From the NCBI GenBank assembly GCA_951406725.2, contig OX597814.1, positions 81,716,001 through 81,780,000 of the forward strand: DNA of 64,000 bases, read 5' to 3'. Below the pieces are notes generated by a model, which was not told the origin of the DNA, ran no database searches, and saw only the letters and a list, made by a program, of their open reading frames with translations. Positions within the stretch are counted from its first letter, which is position 1; each line of letters starts with the position of its first letter. The translations under genes and the position numbers were made by a program. The stretch comes from Octopus vulgaris (Eukaryota). Positions 1 through 11,391 of this stretch are shown here, in pieces.

Positions 1-307
1 GAGGGAGGTCTGCATTACCAGATGCTGCCAGACGTCTGAAAATCAATTTTATATTTCATTATTTCATGTTGTCATAAATGTGGAGGGTAGTAGATTGAGG
101 TGTATTAGCTTTTGGTACAAAAGGCACTCTTGTTTATACTGCTTGCAGGAAGATAAATCCTCACCATCTCCGCTGCATTTTGCATGAAAAGCTAGAGACA
201 GCGTCTCTCACAGTAACAACTGCAGTATAGTTTGTTTGAACAGAACATCATGTCTAAATGGGGATAAATTTTACCTCTTGGTATTAGTACTGCTCACTGG
301 CACTATT

Positions 308-880
308 ACTCTTTTACTTGTTTCAGTCATTTGACTGTGGCCATGCTGGAGCACCACCTTTAGTCGAGTAAATCGACCCCAGTACTTATTCTTTGTAAAC
401 CTATTTCTTTATTACCCACAAGGGGCTAAACACAGAGGGGACAAACAAGGACAGACATAGGTATTAAGTCGATTACATCGATCCCAGTGCGTAACTGGTA
501 CTTAATTTATCGACCCTGAAAGGATGAAAGGCAAAATCGACCTCGGCGGAATTCGAACTCACAACGTAACACAGACGAAATACCTCTAAGCATTTCGCCC
601 GGCGTGCTAATGTTTCTGCCAGCTTTGTAAACCGAGTACTTATTCTATTGGTCTATTTTGTCAAACCGCTAAGTTGCAGGGACGTAAACACAAACACACA
701 CATATATAAATATATACGACGGGCTTCTTTCAGTTTCTGTCTACCAAATCCACTCACAAGGCTTTGGGTCTGCCTGAGGCTATAGTAGAAGATACTTGCC
801 CAAGGTGCCATGCAGTGGGACTGAACCTGGAACCATGTGGTTGGTAAGCAAGCTACTTACCACACAGCCACTCCTGCGCC
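308..880 (-). mobile_element. tRNA-derived SINE, family A, full length, interrupted by a family-B SINE
   Basis: The minus strand starts GGCGCAGGAGTGGCTGTGTGGTAAG (A box)...GGTTCAGTCCC (B box-like), has an internal AT/GT microsatellite, and ends ...GGTGCTCCAGCATGGCCACAGTCAAATGACTGAAACAAGTAAAAGA. The same sequence recurs more than 10 times in the window. Confidence 0.9.
402..622 (-). mobile_element. SINE family B inserted into a family-A SINE, with 11-bp target-site duplication
   Basis: CTTTGTAAACC is duplicated at 391-401 and 623-633. The minus strand has the B box GAGTTCGAATTCC. Related copies lie at about 27760-27975, 28680-28860, 28880-29050 and 58478-58665. Confidence 0.88.
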
Positions 881-898
881 TGGCTACTTACCACTTTT

Positions 899-1535
899 AT
901 TCTTTTACTTGTTTCAGTCATTTGACCGCTGCCATGCTGGAGCACCACCTTTAATCAAAGAAATCGACCCCAGGACTTATTCTTTGTAAGCCTAGTACTT
1001 ATTCTATAGGTCTATTTTGCCGAACTGCTAAGTTAAGGGGATGTAAACACACCAACATTGGTTCTCAAGCAATGGTAGGGGCACAAAGACAGATATACAC
1101 ATACACACTAATACACACACATATATATATATATATGATGGGCTTCTTTCAGTTTCTGTTTATCAAATCCACCCACAAGACTGGTCAGCCCCAGAACCAT
1201 GTGGTTGGGAAGCAAGCAACTTACCAACCACATGGTTCTGGGTTCAGTCCCACTGCGTGACACCTTGGGCAAGAGCCCTCTACAATAGCCACGGGCCGAC
1301 CAAGATCTTGCGAGTCAATTTGGTAGACAAAGTGAAAGAAGCTCGTCATATATATATATATATCTGTGTGTGTGTGGGTGCATGTCCACCATTGCTTGAC
1401 AACCGATAATGGTGTATTTGAAACTGAAAGAATAAGTACGAGGCTTACAAAGAACAAGTCCTGGGGGTGATTTGTTCAACTAAAGGTGGTGCTCCAGCAT
1501 GGCCACAGATTAATGACTGGAATGAATAAAAGAAT
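899..1535. mobile_element. Two family-A SINEs head-to-head (minus 899-1208, plus 1224-1535)
   Basis: Family-A tails point outward at both ends. The centre is a perfect 19-bp inverted repeat, CCCAGAACCATGTGGTTGG / CCAACCACATGGTTCTGGG. Confidence 0.88.
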
Positions 1536-1540
1536 GAACT

Positions 1541-1560
1541 ATATATACATACATATATAT

Positions 1561-1615
<55 letters not shown>

Positions 1616-1940
1616 TATACTTTATTTAAAGCAGCAGAAAATTCAACAAAACCTGTTACTCTGAGTTTCACGTTGCCGTTCATCGGACCTTTTTTGCTAG
1701 AATACTATACATATATATACATACACACACATACATATATATACACATACATATATATACGCATATAGACATACATATATATACACATACATATATATAC
1801 GCATATAGACATACATATATATACACATACATATATATACGCATATAGACATACATATATACATATATATACATATATATACATATATATACATATATAT
1901 ATACATATATATATACATATATATATACATATATATATAC

Positions 1941-1973
<33 letters not shown>

Positions 1974-2258
1974 CATATATATACATATACATACATATAT
2001 ATACATATATATATATACATATATATACATATATACATACATATATATATATACATATATATACATATATACATACACATATATATACATATATACATAC
2101 ATATATATACATATATACATACATATATATACATATATACACATATATACATATATACACATATATACACATATATACACATATATACACATATATACAC
2201 ATATATATACATATATATATATATACAATATATATATATATACATATATACAATATAT

Positions 2259-2339
<81 letters not shown>

Positions 2340-2353
2340 ATATATATATATAC

Positions 2354-2386
<33 letters not shown>

Positions 2387-2470
2387 CAATATATATATAT
2401 ATACATATATATATACATATATACATATATATATACATACATGCACACACACACACATACATACATATAC
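1541..2470. repeat. Compound (AT)n/(AC)n/(ATAC)n microsatellite of about 0.9 kb, including three copies of a 40-bp unit at 1741-1860
   Basis: Directly visible. The unit is ATACACATACATATATATACGCATATAGACATACATATAT. It produces the spurious Y/I/M/C/V ORFs. Confidence 0.97.
1615..1705 (-). mobile_element. Penelope-like terminal-repeat fragment with a minimal hammerhead-like motif
   Basis: Minus strand: GGT CCGATGA ACG-GCAA-CGT GAAA CTC-A-GAG TA ACAGG, followed by ...TTTAAATAAAG. It is embedded in AT microsatellite. Confidence 0.62.
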
Positions 2471-2475
2471 ATCCC

Positions 2476-2790
2476 ATATCATCATCGTTTAACATTTGCT
2501 TACCATGCTAGCATGAGTTGGATGGTTTGACTGAGGACTGGTGAGCTAGATGCTGCACCAGGCTCAATCTGGCCTGGCAGAGTTACTATAGCTGGATGCC
2601 CTTCCTAACGCCAACCACTCCGAGAGTGTAGTGGTTGCTCTTTACGTGCTACTGGCAAGAGGGCCAATCGGGTGGTTCTGGCAACGACCATGCTCATGCT
2701 CAAAAGGTGTCTTTATGTGCTACCTGCATGGGAACCAGTCCTGTGGCACTGGCAATGACCACACTCGAATGTTGTTTTTCACGTGCCATA
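2476..2790 (-). mobile_element. RTE-type 3'-tail repeat (family E) ending in (GAT)n
   Basis: Minus strand ...GGCGTTAGGAAGGGCATCCAGCTAT...CATGCTAGCATGG...AAACGATGATGAT. The same tail occurs near 17970-18420, 27290-27475, 30180-30410, 39060-39190, 45850-46050, 47580-47775, 48580-48725, 59415-59600 and 59900-60190. Confidence 0.75.
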
Positions 2791-2792
2791 CA

Positions 2793-2823
<31 letters not shown>

Positions 2824-3152
2824 GTTGGCACTCCATCGATTATGACGACGAGGGTTCCAGTTGATCCGATCAATGGAACAGCTTGCTTGTGAAATTAACG
2901 TGCAAGTGGCTGAGCACTCCACAGACATATCTATCCTTAACATAGTTCTCGGGGTGATTCAGCATGACAGAGTGTGACAAGGTTGGCCCTTCGAAATACA
3001 GGTGCAACAGAAACAGGAAGAAAGAGTGCAGCTGGGTTCACCACCACCCCCTGCCAGAACTTCTAGGAGCTTTAGGTGTTTTCACTCACAACACCCGGTC
3101 TAGGAATCGAAACCGCGAGTCCGCTGCCCTAACCATTGGGCCATTATGCCTC
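2824..3152 (-). mobile_element. tRNA-derived SINE, family C (head type 1)
   Basis: Reverse complement of the 28280-28641 element. The head is AGGCATAATGGCCCAATGGTTAGGGCAGCGGACTCGCGGTTTCGATTCC. Confidence 0.85.
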
Positions 3153-3185
3153 CACATATACATACTCATATATATATATATACAT

Positions 3186-3227
<42 letters not shown>

Positions 3228-3252
3228 GCATAAATCTATATACATTATATAA

Positions 3253-4105
3253 TAGGTCATCCAGTAAGTTCTGCCCGATTTTACCTTTTTAAAATTCAAT
3301 GAAATTTAATAGTATTTTAGAATGTCTAATGGAATTAAAAATTATTTTGATGCATTTGTGTACATTTAAACTAATTAAATATCTTACAAAATAGAATTAA
3401 AATTTCTTTGATTAAAACCCTTTCCAACATGGAAATATCCAAAGAGTATTTAAGGCACATAATACTTTATGAGTACAAAAAAGTAAACTCTGCAGCCAAA
3501 GCGACTCAAACATACACTCAGTTTATGGGAAAGAATGCTTGAATGAAAGAACTTGCAGAAGGTAGTTTGCAAAATTCAGAAGTGGAGATTTCAGCCTTGA
3601 AGATGAAGATCGAACAGGACGTCCAGTTGACTTTGATAAGCTTCTTGAGGCATTAATTGAAGAAAATCCTGCATTATCAGTTGAAGAATTGGCAATAAAG
3701 CTTAGTTCAAACCATACAACTGTTCATCGTCCTCTTCAACAACTTGGAAAGGTTCCTAAACTTGGAAAATGGATGTCTCATGAATTGTCCGAAAGCAACT
3801 GCAAATCCTGAGTTGACATCTGCCCTTCTCTCCATTCTCACGAACTCATGTCGCCCTTTTTGGATAGACTTGTGATGAAAAATGGAGCTTCTATTGAAAT
3901 GTTAAATGTCGTAAACAGTGGCTTGGTAAAAAGGAAAAAGCTCAACCTCAACCAAGAAGGGAATTTCATGGAAAAAAGTTTCTTTCTATCTGGTGGGATT
4001 GCAAAGGAGTAATTCACTTTGAATTATTACCACCTAATGCAACAATCAATGCTCAAGTCTACTGTCAGCATTTAGAGTGTTTGAACCCAGCTTTGAAGAA
4101 AAAAA
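3253..4105 (+). mobile_element. Mariner transposon relic, 3'-truncated, with stops and frameshifts
   Basis: TIR-like start TAGGTCATCCAGTAAGTTCTG. From ATG 3429 it reads MEISKEYLRHIILYEYKK...FAKFRSGDFSLEDEDRTGRP...LGKVPKLGKWMSHELSE (the WVPHEL motif)...DEKW...IWWDCKGVIHFELLPPNATINAQVYCQHL. Confidence 0.9.
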
Positions 4106-4874
4106 AATGGTTAAATCAAAAGTGTCTTGTGATATTTTTGGCAAGTGATTTAGTGTTTGGGAATAGTGCCCATGCTCTGGGTATGTTTTCTTCCTGAAGC
4201 AAGAATTGTTTATGTGCAACTGATTTACAAATAATCATTTACCAACATACCCTAACTACAGGCCCAGAGATGCACAGCCTCCTCATTGTACCAATTCTAT
4301 CACTCTTAGAAATGGTTACATTATCATCTTCAGCAAGGACTACTTGATTTTTCTCCTTTCGTAAAACAATATACACAGATGTGCATGTGTGTGTGATTGG
4401 ATTATGTCACACACACACACACACACACACCTATGTAAAAGTAATTGGATTATGACCTTTGGACTGGTAATTGAAAAGCAGGAAGTACACTGCTTAGTAT
4501 TAGTAACATTTTCTCCTTGAATTCATACCCTAGCTATCTAAATACTAGGATTTCTAACAGCAAATACAGACGATTAATACAATACCACATTGACTAGTCT
4601 TCTGATTTCAACTATAGTGGTTGAACTGTTATCAGTCAGAGACTGAAGTAACATTTGGCATGAGAGTGTGTTATAGATCTTTGTTGAAATGTTCATAGTA
4701 ACTGCCCATAGAAATAAAATTTGGAGCCTGTGGTTGACTTTAATTTCAGTGCAACTATCAAACACTCTGGTATGTCACATAAGCTATTCTTTTCATGATA
4801 AAAGCTTATTCTAGTAATTTAAAAAATATATAAATAAGCAACACAAATGAATTGATAAATGGTCAAATTCTTAC

Positions 4875-5007
4875 TGGAAGCACTAGCCAACTCAGGTTCA
4901 CCCGTTGGTACTGATGGCAGTTGATCTGTGACAGGTGTTCCAACATTAAGCAATTCACGCTCCAATTCTTCTTGTTCCAGATCCTCAAGTTCTTGTAATA
5001 GTTCATC
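4875..5007 (-). CDS. CHMP4B: CHMP4/Snf7 internal coding exon (probable exon 4), 133 bp
   Basis: TTCTTAG|GAT GAA CTA... = DELLQELEDLEQEELERELLNVGTPVTDQLPSVPTGEPELASAS, then |GTAAGA. It contains the acidic helix and the LPSVP MIM2-like motif of Snf7 proteins. The phase 0 start fits the previous exon. Confidence 0.93.
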
Positions 5008-5111
5008 CTAAGAATCAAAAAACACAAAAAATAACAATGAGATTTCTTAATCATCATAACAAAGCCTTGATTCTGAGAAGTATTCCTGCTAAAATTAACT
5101 GTAAACGAATT

Positions 5112-5480
5112 CTACATGGCAGTGGGCCCTGAATGCAGAGGACATGCAAAGGTTAGAAAGGGATGAGGGTGGTATGCTGTGCTGGATGTGTAATGTAAGT
5201 GTACATGTTTGACAATGTGCTAGTGTTTTGAGAGAGATGTTAGTCATGTGCAAGAGAGAAGACTGTGCTGGTTTGGTCATGTGATGCAGATGGATGCTGA
5301 AAGCTCCATAAAGAAATGCTGATCTCTCAAAGTAGATAGAACATGAGGATGTGGGAAACCCAGGAAGACATGGGATGAAGTACTGAAGAATGACCTCAGG
5401 ATGTTGAACCTTTCAGACGAGATTACAAAGAACCAAGGTGCCTGGTGCCTTGCTGTACTCAAGAAGACCCATACTCTAGA
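5112..5480 (+). mobile_element. RTE-clade LINE 3' ORF fragment, degenerate
   Basis: It translates to ...MLCWMCNVSVH...RLCWFGHVMQMD...GKPRKTWDEVLKNDLR, matching the 44300-44680 part of the larger RTE copy. Confidence 0.8.
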
Positions 5481-5734
5481 GAAGAAGTGTTAAGACTGGT
5501 CTCTCTGGTGGTGTGAAGCACTCATAGTGGTGCCATGTCTTCTCTCACCAGGACCAGGACTATGGTCATGGTTTATTCCTCCCTTTTCCTCTATCATTCT
5601 TGGAGACTCTTAAAAGGTTATGGACACTGCTATTGCTCCTTTCAGTAACCCATAAAAGCCCATCAAAAGAAATTGGTGCTAAGACCATGTCCATGAAGTA
5701 CACGTATATATATATATATCTATACATCTATATC

Positions 5735-6095
5735 GTGATATATACTTGCCACCTAACTGTAGCGGTCCCATAAGTGATGATGCTATTGTTGTTTATAGCT
5801 CCAGGAGGACTTCACCTCCAGCTGGCTAACGGGACACCATTGTTCCCATCTCTAGCCTTACATGATACACACACCCAGGTTTCTGGGCAGTAACTGGTCA
5901 TCAGTGTGTGATAATCACCAGCTAGCAATGAGAACTCATTCCAAACGCAAAATACTATATGCTTCTTCCAGCGACAAACTTGCTTATCTCAAAAAAGGAG
6001 AAACAAGCAATATTAAATCTCTGAGCGAGAAGTAAACAGTAGCAGCATGGAATTGTGAAGTATATTTGCCACCTAAATGTGGCAGTCCCATAATA
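5735..6095 (-). mobile_element. Penelope-like pseudo-LTR: one unit plus a partial direct repeat, with a degenerate hammerhead-like motif
   Basis: TATA(C/T)TTGCCACCTAA(C/A)TGT(A/G)GC(G/A)GTCCCATAA occurs at about 5742-5773 and 6062-6093. The minus strand at about 5863-5912 reads CACACA CTGATGA CCAG-TTA-CTG CCCA GAAA CCTGGGT G TGTG. Same family as 57432-57623. Confidence 0.55.
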
Positions 6096-6321
6096 TAAAC
6101 TTCACTCCTAATATTATTCATTTCATGTGCATTTTACATTGATTGCTTCCCCAGTCACCAAATTCTATCTTCTCAATTTGATTTATTCAATATCAGTAGA
6201 ATGGAGAAGAGTAATGTATGTGAAGTAGGTGTATATGAAGAGAATCACTGCAGAGAAACCACACTAAATGAACTATAATGTAATCAAAACAGTGTAATTG
6301 CAATAAACATCATATCATTAC

Positions 6322-6436
6322 CTCATCAATGTCTTGTCCAAAACCAACAGGATTGGAAATAGCTTCTGAAATTTCATTGGCAATCTCTTGCTGTTCAGCT
6401 ACATCATCCATCAAATCATGCACTTTGTCAATATCC
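6322..6436 (-). CDS. CHMP4B: CHMP4/Snf7 internal coding exon (probable exon 3), 115 bp
   Basis: CCAG|G GAT ATT GAC... = DIDKVHDLMDDVAEQQEIANEISEAISNPVGFGQDIDE, then |GTAATG. The phase 2 start completes the AT|G codon of the previous exon. It ends in phase 0. Confidence 0.96.
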
Positions 6437-9400
6437 CTGGAGGATGAGAAGAATATAGTTAATATATTGAATGGAATTTTACAAATGAGAGAGCTATTAG
6501 AAATAAGAGGCAAAGAGGAGAGAGAGAGAGCACATCAATATCTTTAAATAATAATGTCGAAGGCTAAATCATAAAATTGTATGGCCCAATAGTTATTTAA
6601 AATGTTGAGCAATTCTTTGTATTCACTTAATACCAGAATAAAGCAATTGGTTGTAAGGAAAGGAAGGAAGGAAAGAGGGAGTTAAGAATAAGATAATTAT
6701 AATGAATATTGAATGAAAAATTTAAAAATACCGCCATTTTGGGGGCGATGTTAGGATTTCATTCTAATCTAAGCTGCCATTCTACATGTTTTTGATGTCA
6801 ACAATTTCAGTATTTTTCATCACAAAATGACTGAAAAACATGTTTATAAAGAAGAGTTGAGCACTTCACACATTTTGTGTGCCGATTTTGCCCAAAGAAA
6901 CAATACAATGTGGCTGTAGGTCATAACATCTAGGCAATGGTGGAATGCAATGCTAGTGTTCTAATAAAGTTTAGTGAATTTCACTGAAACAAATGAAGGA
7001 GGACAGACAAACAAATGGAGGAGGACAGACAATGAAACAAATGAAGGCGGACAAACCTAACCTACATTACATCCACTACATAAGAAAAATTTGAGATTAA
7101 AAACAAATTCTCTGTATTTCAATTACATTTTACCTTCAGTAATATAAAACCGCCCACCCCTGCAAAAAAAAAAAAAAAAAACCCCAAAAAGCAAACAAAC
7201 CACCCAAGTACTATTTTATAGTTAGGAATTAAAACTTGCTTTAGGAAGAAATTGATATCAGTGGTTGTTTAACCCTAAGTTATCTGTAATTGAGCAGACC
7301 TATAGTTAAAATCACAACCATATAATCTTTATTTTTTATATAAGGTATACAGTAAATAGGATAACATTGTGTCTTCTTTTTTAAAATGATAGGGGAATTT
7401 GGCTGCTATTTCTAACAAGTGAAGAAAGCAATGCAAAGATGTAACAAATAATACTCTAAGAATACACACAGCAGAGAGAGTAGAAACAAAAGTGGAAAGA
7501 AAACATTTACATTGCAGAAAAAGACAGTAACCTGTCTATTTACTATGAAGCTGTCATAATAAATAATTTTTATTTTCTAAGTAATTTGTGACCATATTAG
7601 ACTATACAAACTAGAGTTAAAAAAAAAAATATTCATAAGAAAATAACAAAACAAAACACTCATCAAAACTTTCAGGTCTTGTAGCTTCAAATTATTATGG
7701 TAAGAAGTATATGCTTATACATGAAAGTATGTTTAAATTTTTCATTCAATATTCATTATAATTATCTTATTCTTAACATTCAAAATAATAATAATAGGTT
7801 ATGGGATTGTGTCAAAGGTAATTAGTAGAGACAATATATGTCAACTAAGAGTCAGAAACTTAGCACATTTTGATCAATTAAAACTTAATCTTTACCATAT
7901 AATTGTGCTTAACAAGGTGGATTTTGATCAAATAACAAAAATGATAAAGTGCCCAACATGGTAAGCCAAGTTTTTAGTGGCAATAATAGCAGCAGCAAAT
8001 TATCAAATCACATGATCTTATGCTGTTGTGTTTTAGGTTAACAAGCGGATCAGTTTAGTGGAATGGTGAAAACATAATTGCTTCAAGAAATGAATGTCTC
8101 CACACTAGTGCATGTACTGACAAAGGCAATAAAGCTAAATCTTTTGAATAGTATATATTTATGTCTGGACTCTTGCAAATTGCATGAAGTGAAATGAGAT
8201 AAAAAGAAAATAAGTACCACATATATTAAAATATAACTTCACAAACAATTATTATTATTTTAGAGACATATAGTTAACCTTTAAAAGAAGCAAGGAAGTC
8301 CATATAAGAACACTTCAACTACCAAACAACCACATTATCTTTGAGAAAGTTGCTGAAATGAAAATATGACCAGGACTTGACTCCTTAATTGATTATTATT
8401 AGTATTATCAATCAACATTGCATCAATTAGACACAGCTTATTAACAATATTGCCAATTAGAGCTGGGCTATGTGCCAGTTATATGATAACCAAAACTCTT
8501 GTACAACACCCACTTTGATGAATTATTGAAGACACTTAACAAAAGAAGTTATTTTAATAACACTTGTTTTCAGAAATACCAAATTTTACATTTACTATAA
8601 ATAATATGAGGCTGGACTGGATTTTTAGTCTAAATGGAAACTGTGTAATAGAAATCACCAGTAGATTATAGACATTTATATACCATAAAAACTAAGCAAA
8701 ACTCATATTTCTATCAAAGCAACTAATGACATGCTCAAAGTTAAATGTGGCAATTATCTCTCACTTGGCAATATAGACTAAACTAAATAAAGTGCAGTCA
8801 TGAGAGCACTCTCAAATTCCATACATAGCAGAATTGGTTGGCAAAATATTTATTCAAAATATTTAGTCAAAATATTTATTCCTCAATGTGAATGCATCTA
8901 ATATCGATATGTGCAGGATTTTCAAACATTACAATTATGAATTAAGAGTTTTAAAATGTTATGTACAACCCAGTAGCAAAAGAAAGTATTCTTTGATTCT
9001 TTTACTGATTTCAGTCATTAGACTGCAGCCATGCCAAGGCACTATCTTCAAGGGTTTTAATATATAAACCTGAATCTTCGGTACAATTTTTACTAGCCTT
9101 AGAGGCTAGTAGAAGAAAATGGACAGCATAATAAAGGGAGGCAACCAAATTGAAATACAAGGTATATCTACTTAATGCAGCAATTTTTTTGTAATCCCAC
9201 AGAAACACCCACCCAAATCTGGTGGGTTTCCTCACAGTTCCCTCCTACTCAAATCTAGCTATGTTTGGCTGGGCCAAGATCTATAGTAGAAAACTTGTTC
9301 AAGGTGATGTTCATAGAAGGAAACAAACTGACAAAGTTCTACCTTCACCAACCTAGCACTGTAACAGGATTACCAAATTTAGAAGAGCTACTCCTGTGAG

Positions 9401-10099
9401 GTAAACAGGGTCAGAATTTTTATCTTTTGTTCTCTTTGAAATGTTGCTCAGACATCTTGCATACAAATCAAGAAAAATTAGTTTCATTGAGGCTGGTTTC
9501 AATAAGTATACAAACTGGTTTGCAGTACTACAGAAGTTTAATGAGGGCCCTAAACAAAACCTGAAGCAAAATCAGTAAGGCTCATGACTAAATGTCTCAA
9601 TAGAGCTACTGTTGAGCCAGAAAACAGATCTCTAAGTCATCACCCAAGTTCAGTCAATTGAAGTTTCAATACAGTCTAAGCCAAAGTATCTATAATTATG
9701 CTTTGAATATTTTTTGCTTATATATACATACACACACCCACACACAGAAAATAGGGAGTGTTCTGACATCACTGTACAGTTGCTCTATTAATTAAGATAT
9801 ATATTTGTCTATGGAAACTAACTGAAATTCTCTAAAATAATACAAACTAAGTGCATCTTTTTTAACATAGCTATAGTGAACATCTAAAATAACCAAAAGG
9901 AAAAAGACTGGTAAAGAAGCACATTTTCGACTGAATATAGTAAACAAAATTAAAACAACAAAACAGTATATGTGTGTGTGTGGTACAATAGAACAAGTAG
10001 AGAATATACAAAGTGCATATACAGAAGGAATATTTGAAAAGAACCCCACTCATTCTCCCCACCCAGGCCAGTGTTCTTTTCTACACACATTCTTTTTTT

Positions 10100-10288
10100 C
10101 TTTTTACAATCATTTGACAGCAACCATGGTGGAACATTGTCTTAAGAAATTGCCCCCAGGACTTAATAATACTTTGTAAGCCTAGTACTTATTCTATTGG
10201 CCTCTTTTACCAAACTGCTAAGTTATAGGGAACATAAGCATACCAGCATGGGTTGTCAAGCAATGGTGGGTGTGGGTGTGGGGGGCAA

Positions 10289-10353
<65 letters not shown>

Positions 10354-10500
10354 TACATATACAATGGGCTTCTTTCAGTTTCCGCCTACCAAATCCACCC
10401 ACTAGGCTTTGGTCAGCCTGAGGATATAGAAGACACTTGCTCAAGGTGCCATGCAGTGGGACTGAACCCGGAACCATGTGGTTGGGAAGCAAGCAAGCTT
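10100..10500 (-). mobile_element. Family-A SINE
   Basis: Same head, central CA/TA microsatellite and tail as the 308-880 element. Confidence 0.85.
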
Positions 10501-11391
10501 AGTATTTGAGTATATTTTGCACCACTATCATAGACATCAATATCTGAAAGGAAGTGTCCCTTGTATCTGTATGGATGAAACTGCTTTTATTGCACATAAT
10601 TTTTTAAAGAAACATTTCATTTTTCATGTAACCAGCAAAACCTAAGGAACACTTAACAAGATCAAACCAGTAGCACCTAATTATTTGATGGTGGATTCTG
10701 TTGAGTGAACAAATGTATTAGGGTGTGGTTGGATAATAAACTGTGGTGGTCTGATGATTGATGTGCACAAACCTAAAGTTTTATTTTTGGAATAATGATT
10801 CCTAAAACATCATTGTAGTAGCATCTTGTTATGTTATAAACAATGTTAACTTTGGGGATGGTTTTGTCGCTTAATGTATTTGCAAACAGAAGTTGTTTGT
10901 GGGCAATTAGAAAGCAGATTTGTTTGTTTATTGGTATTGAGAGTTGCTTCTTCATGATATCCCTTACTATGACAATAATGATGAATGTATAAGGAAAACA
11001 ACACCATTAAAATTGAAAAAGGACTATTAAATCTACTTTATAGAAAATCTTCAAGAAAGTTATGGCAGGGATTTTCTAGTTTAAAATATTTAACATTGTT
11101 AGATTCTATTGCTCACATAGAACATTCTGCTGAATTTGATCATTATATGCTGTTAGGGAATTATGTCTCTATCTTTACATCAGCATTTGCAAGGAGTGTC
11201 TATATGGCCACTAAAGCTGCTAGAAATAGGCAAACCTTCCTTAAATCAAACTATCCTTTTAAACAAAGTAGATATAGGCTACTGTAGTTTTAGACCACAC
11301 TAAAAAGATGGGTGGTCATGGCTGGAATGCCTTTGATGGGGATAAACAACTGCTAGGGAAGTAGTTAAGTTGAATACCAACTGGATTATTA

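Noticed and set aside
1680-2495. Three long ORFs (255-271 aa) rich in Y/I/M/C/V
   Set aside because: They are translations of the (AT)/(AC) microsatellite, which lacks stop codons in those frames.
4150-4193. Possible last CHMP4 exon (CAG acceptor, in phase, RRKHTQSMGTIPKH*)
   Set aside because: It lacks the acidic/Leu/Trp C-terminal helix of CHMP4 proteins and abuts a mariner relic. The true terminal exon is probably left of the window.
10985-11287. 100-aa plus-strand ORF, and the many other 60-110 aa ORFs in the track
   Set aside because: No recognisable domains. Most overlap SINEs, MITEs or microsatellites, or are antisense to real exons (6329-6547, 15596-15781).
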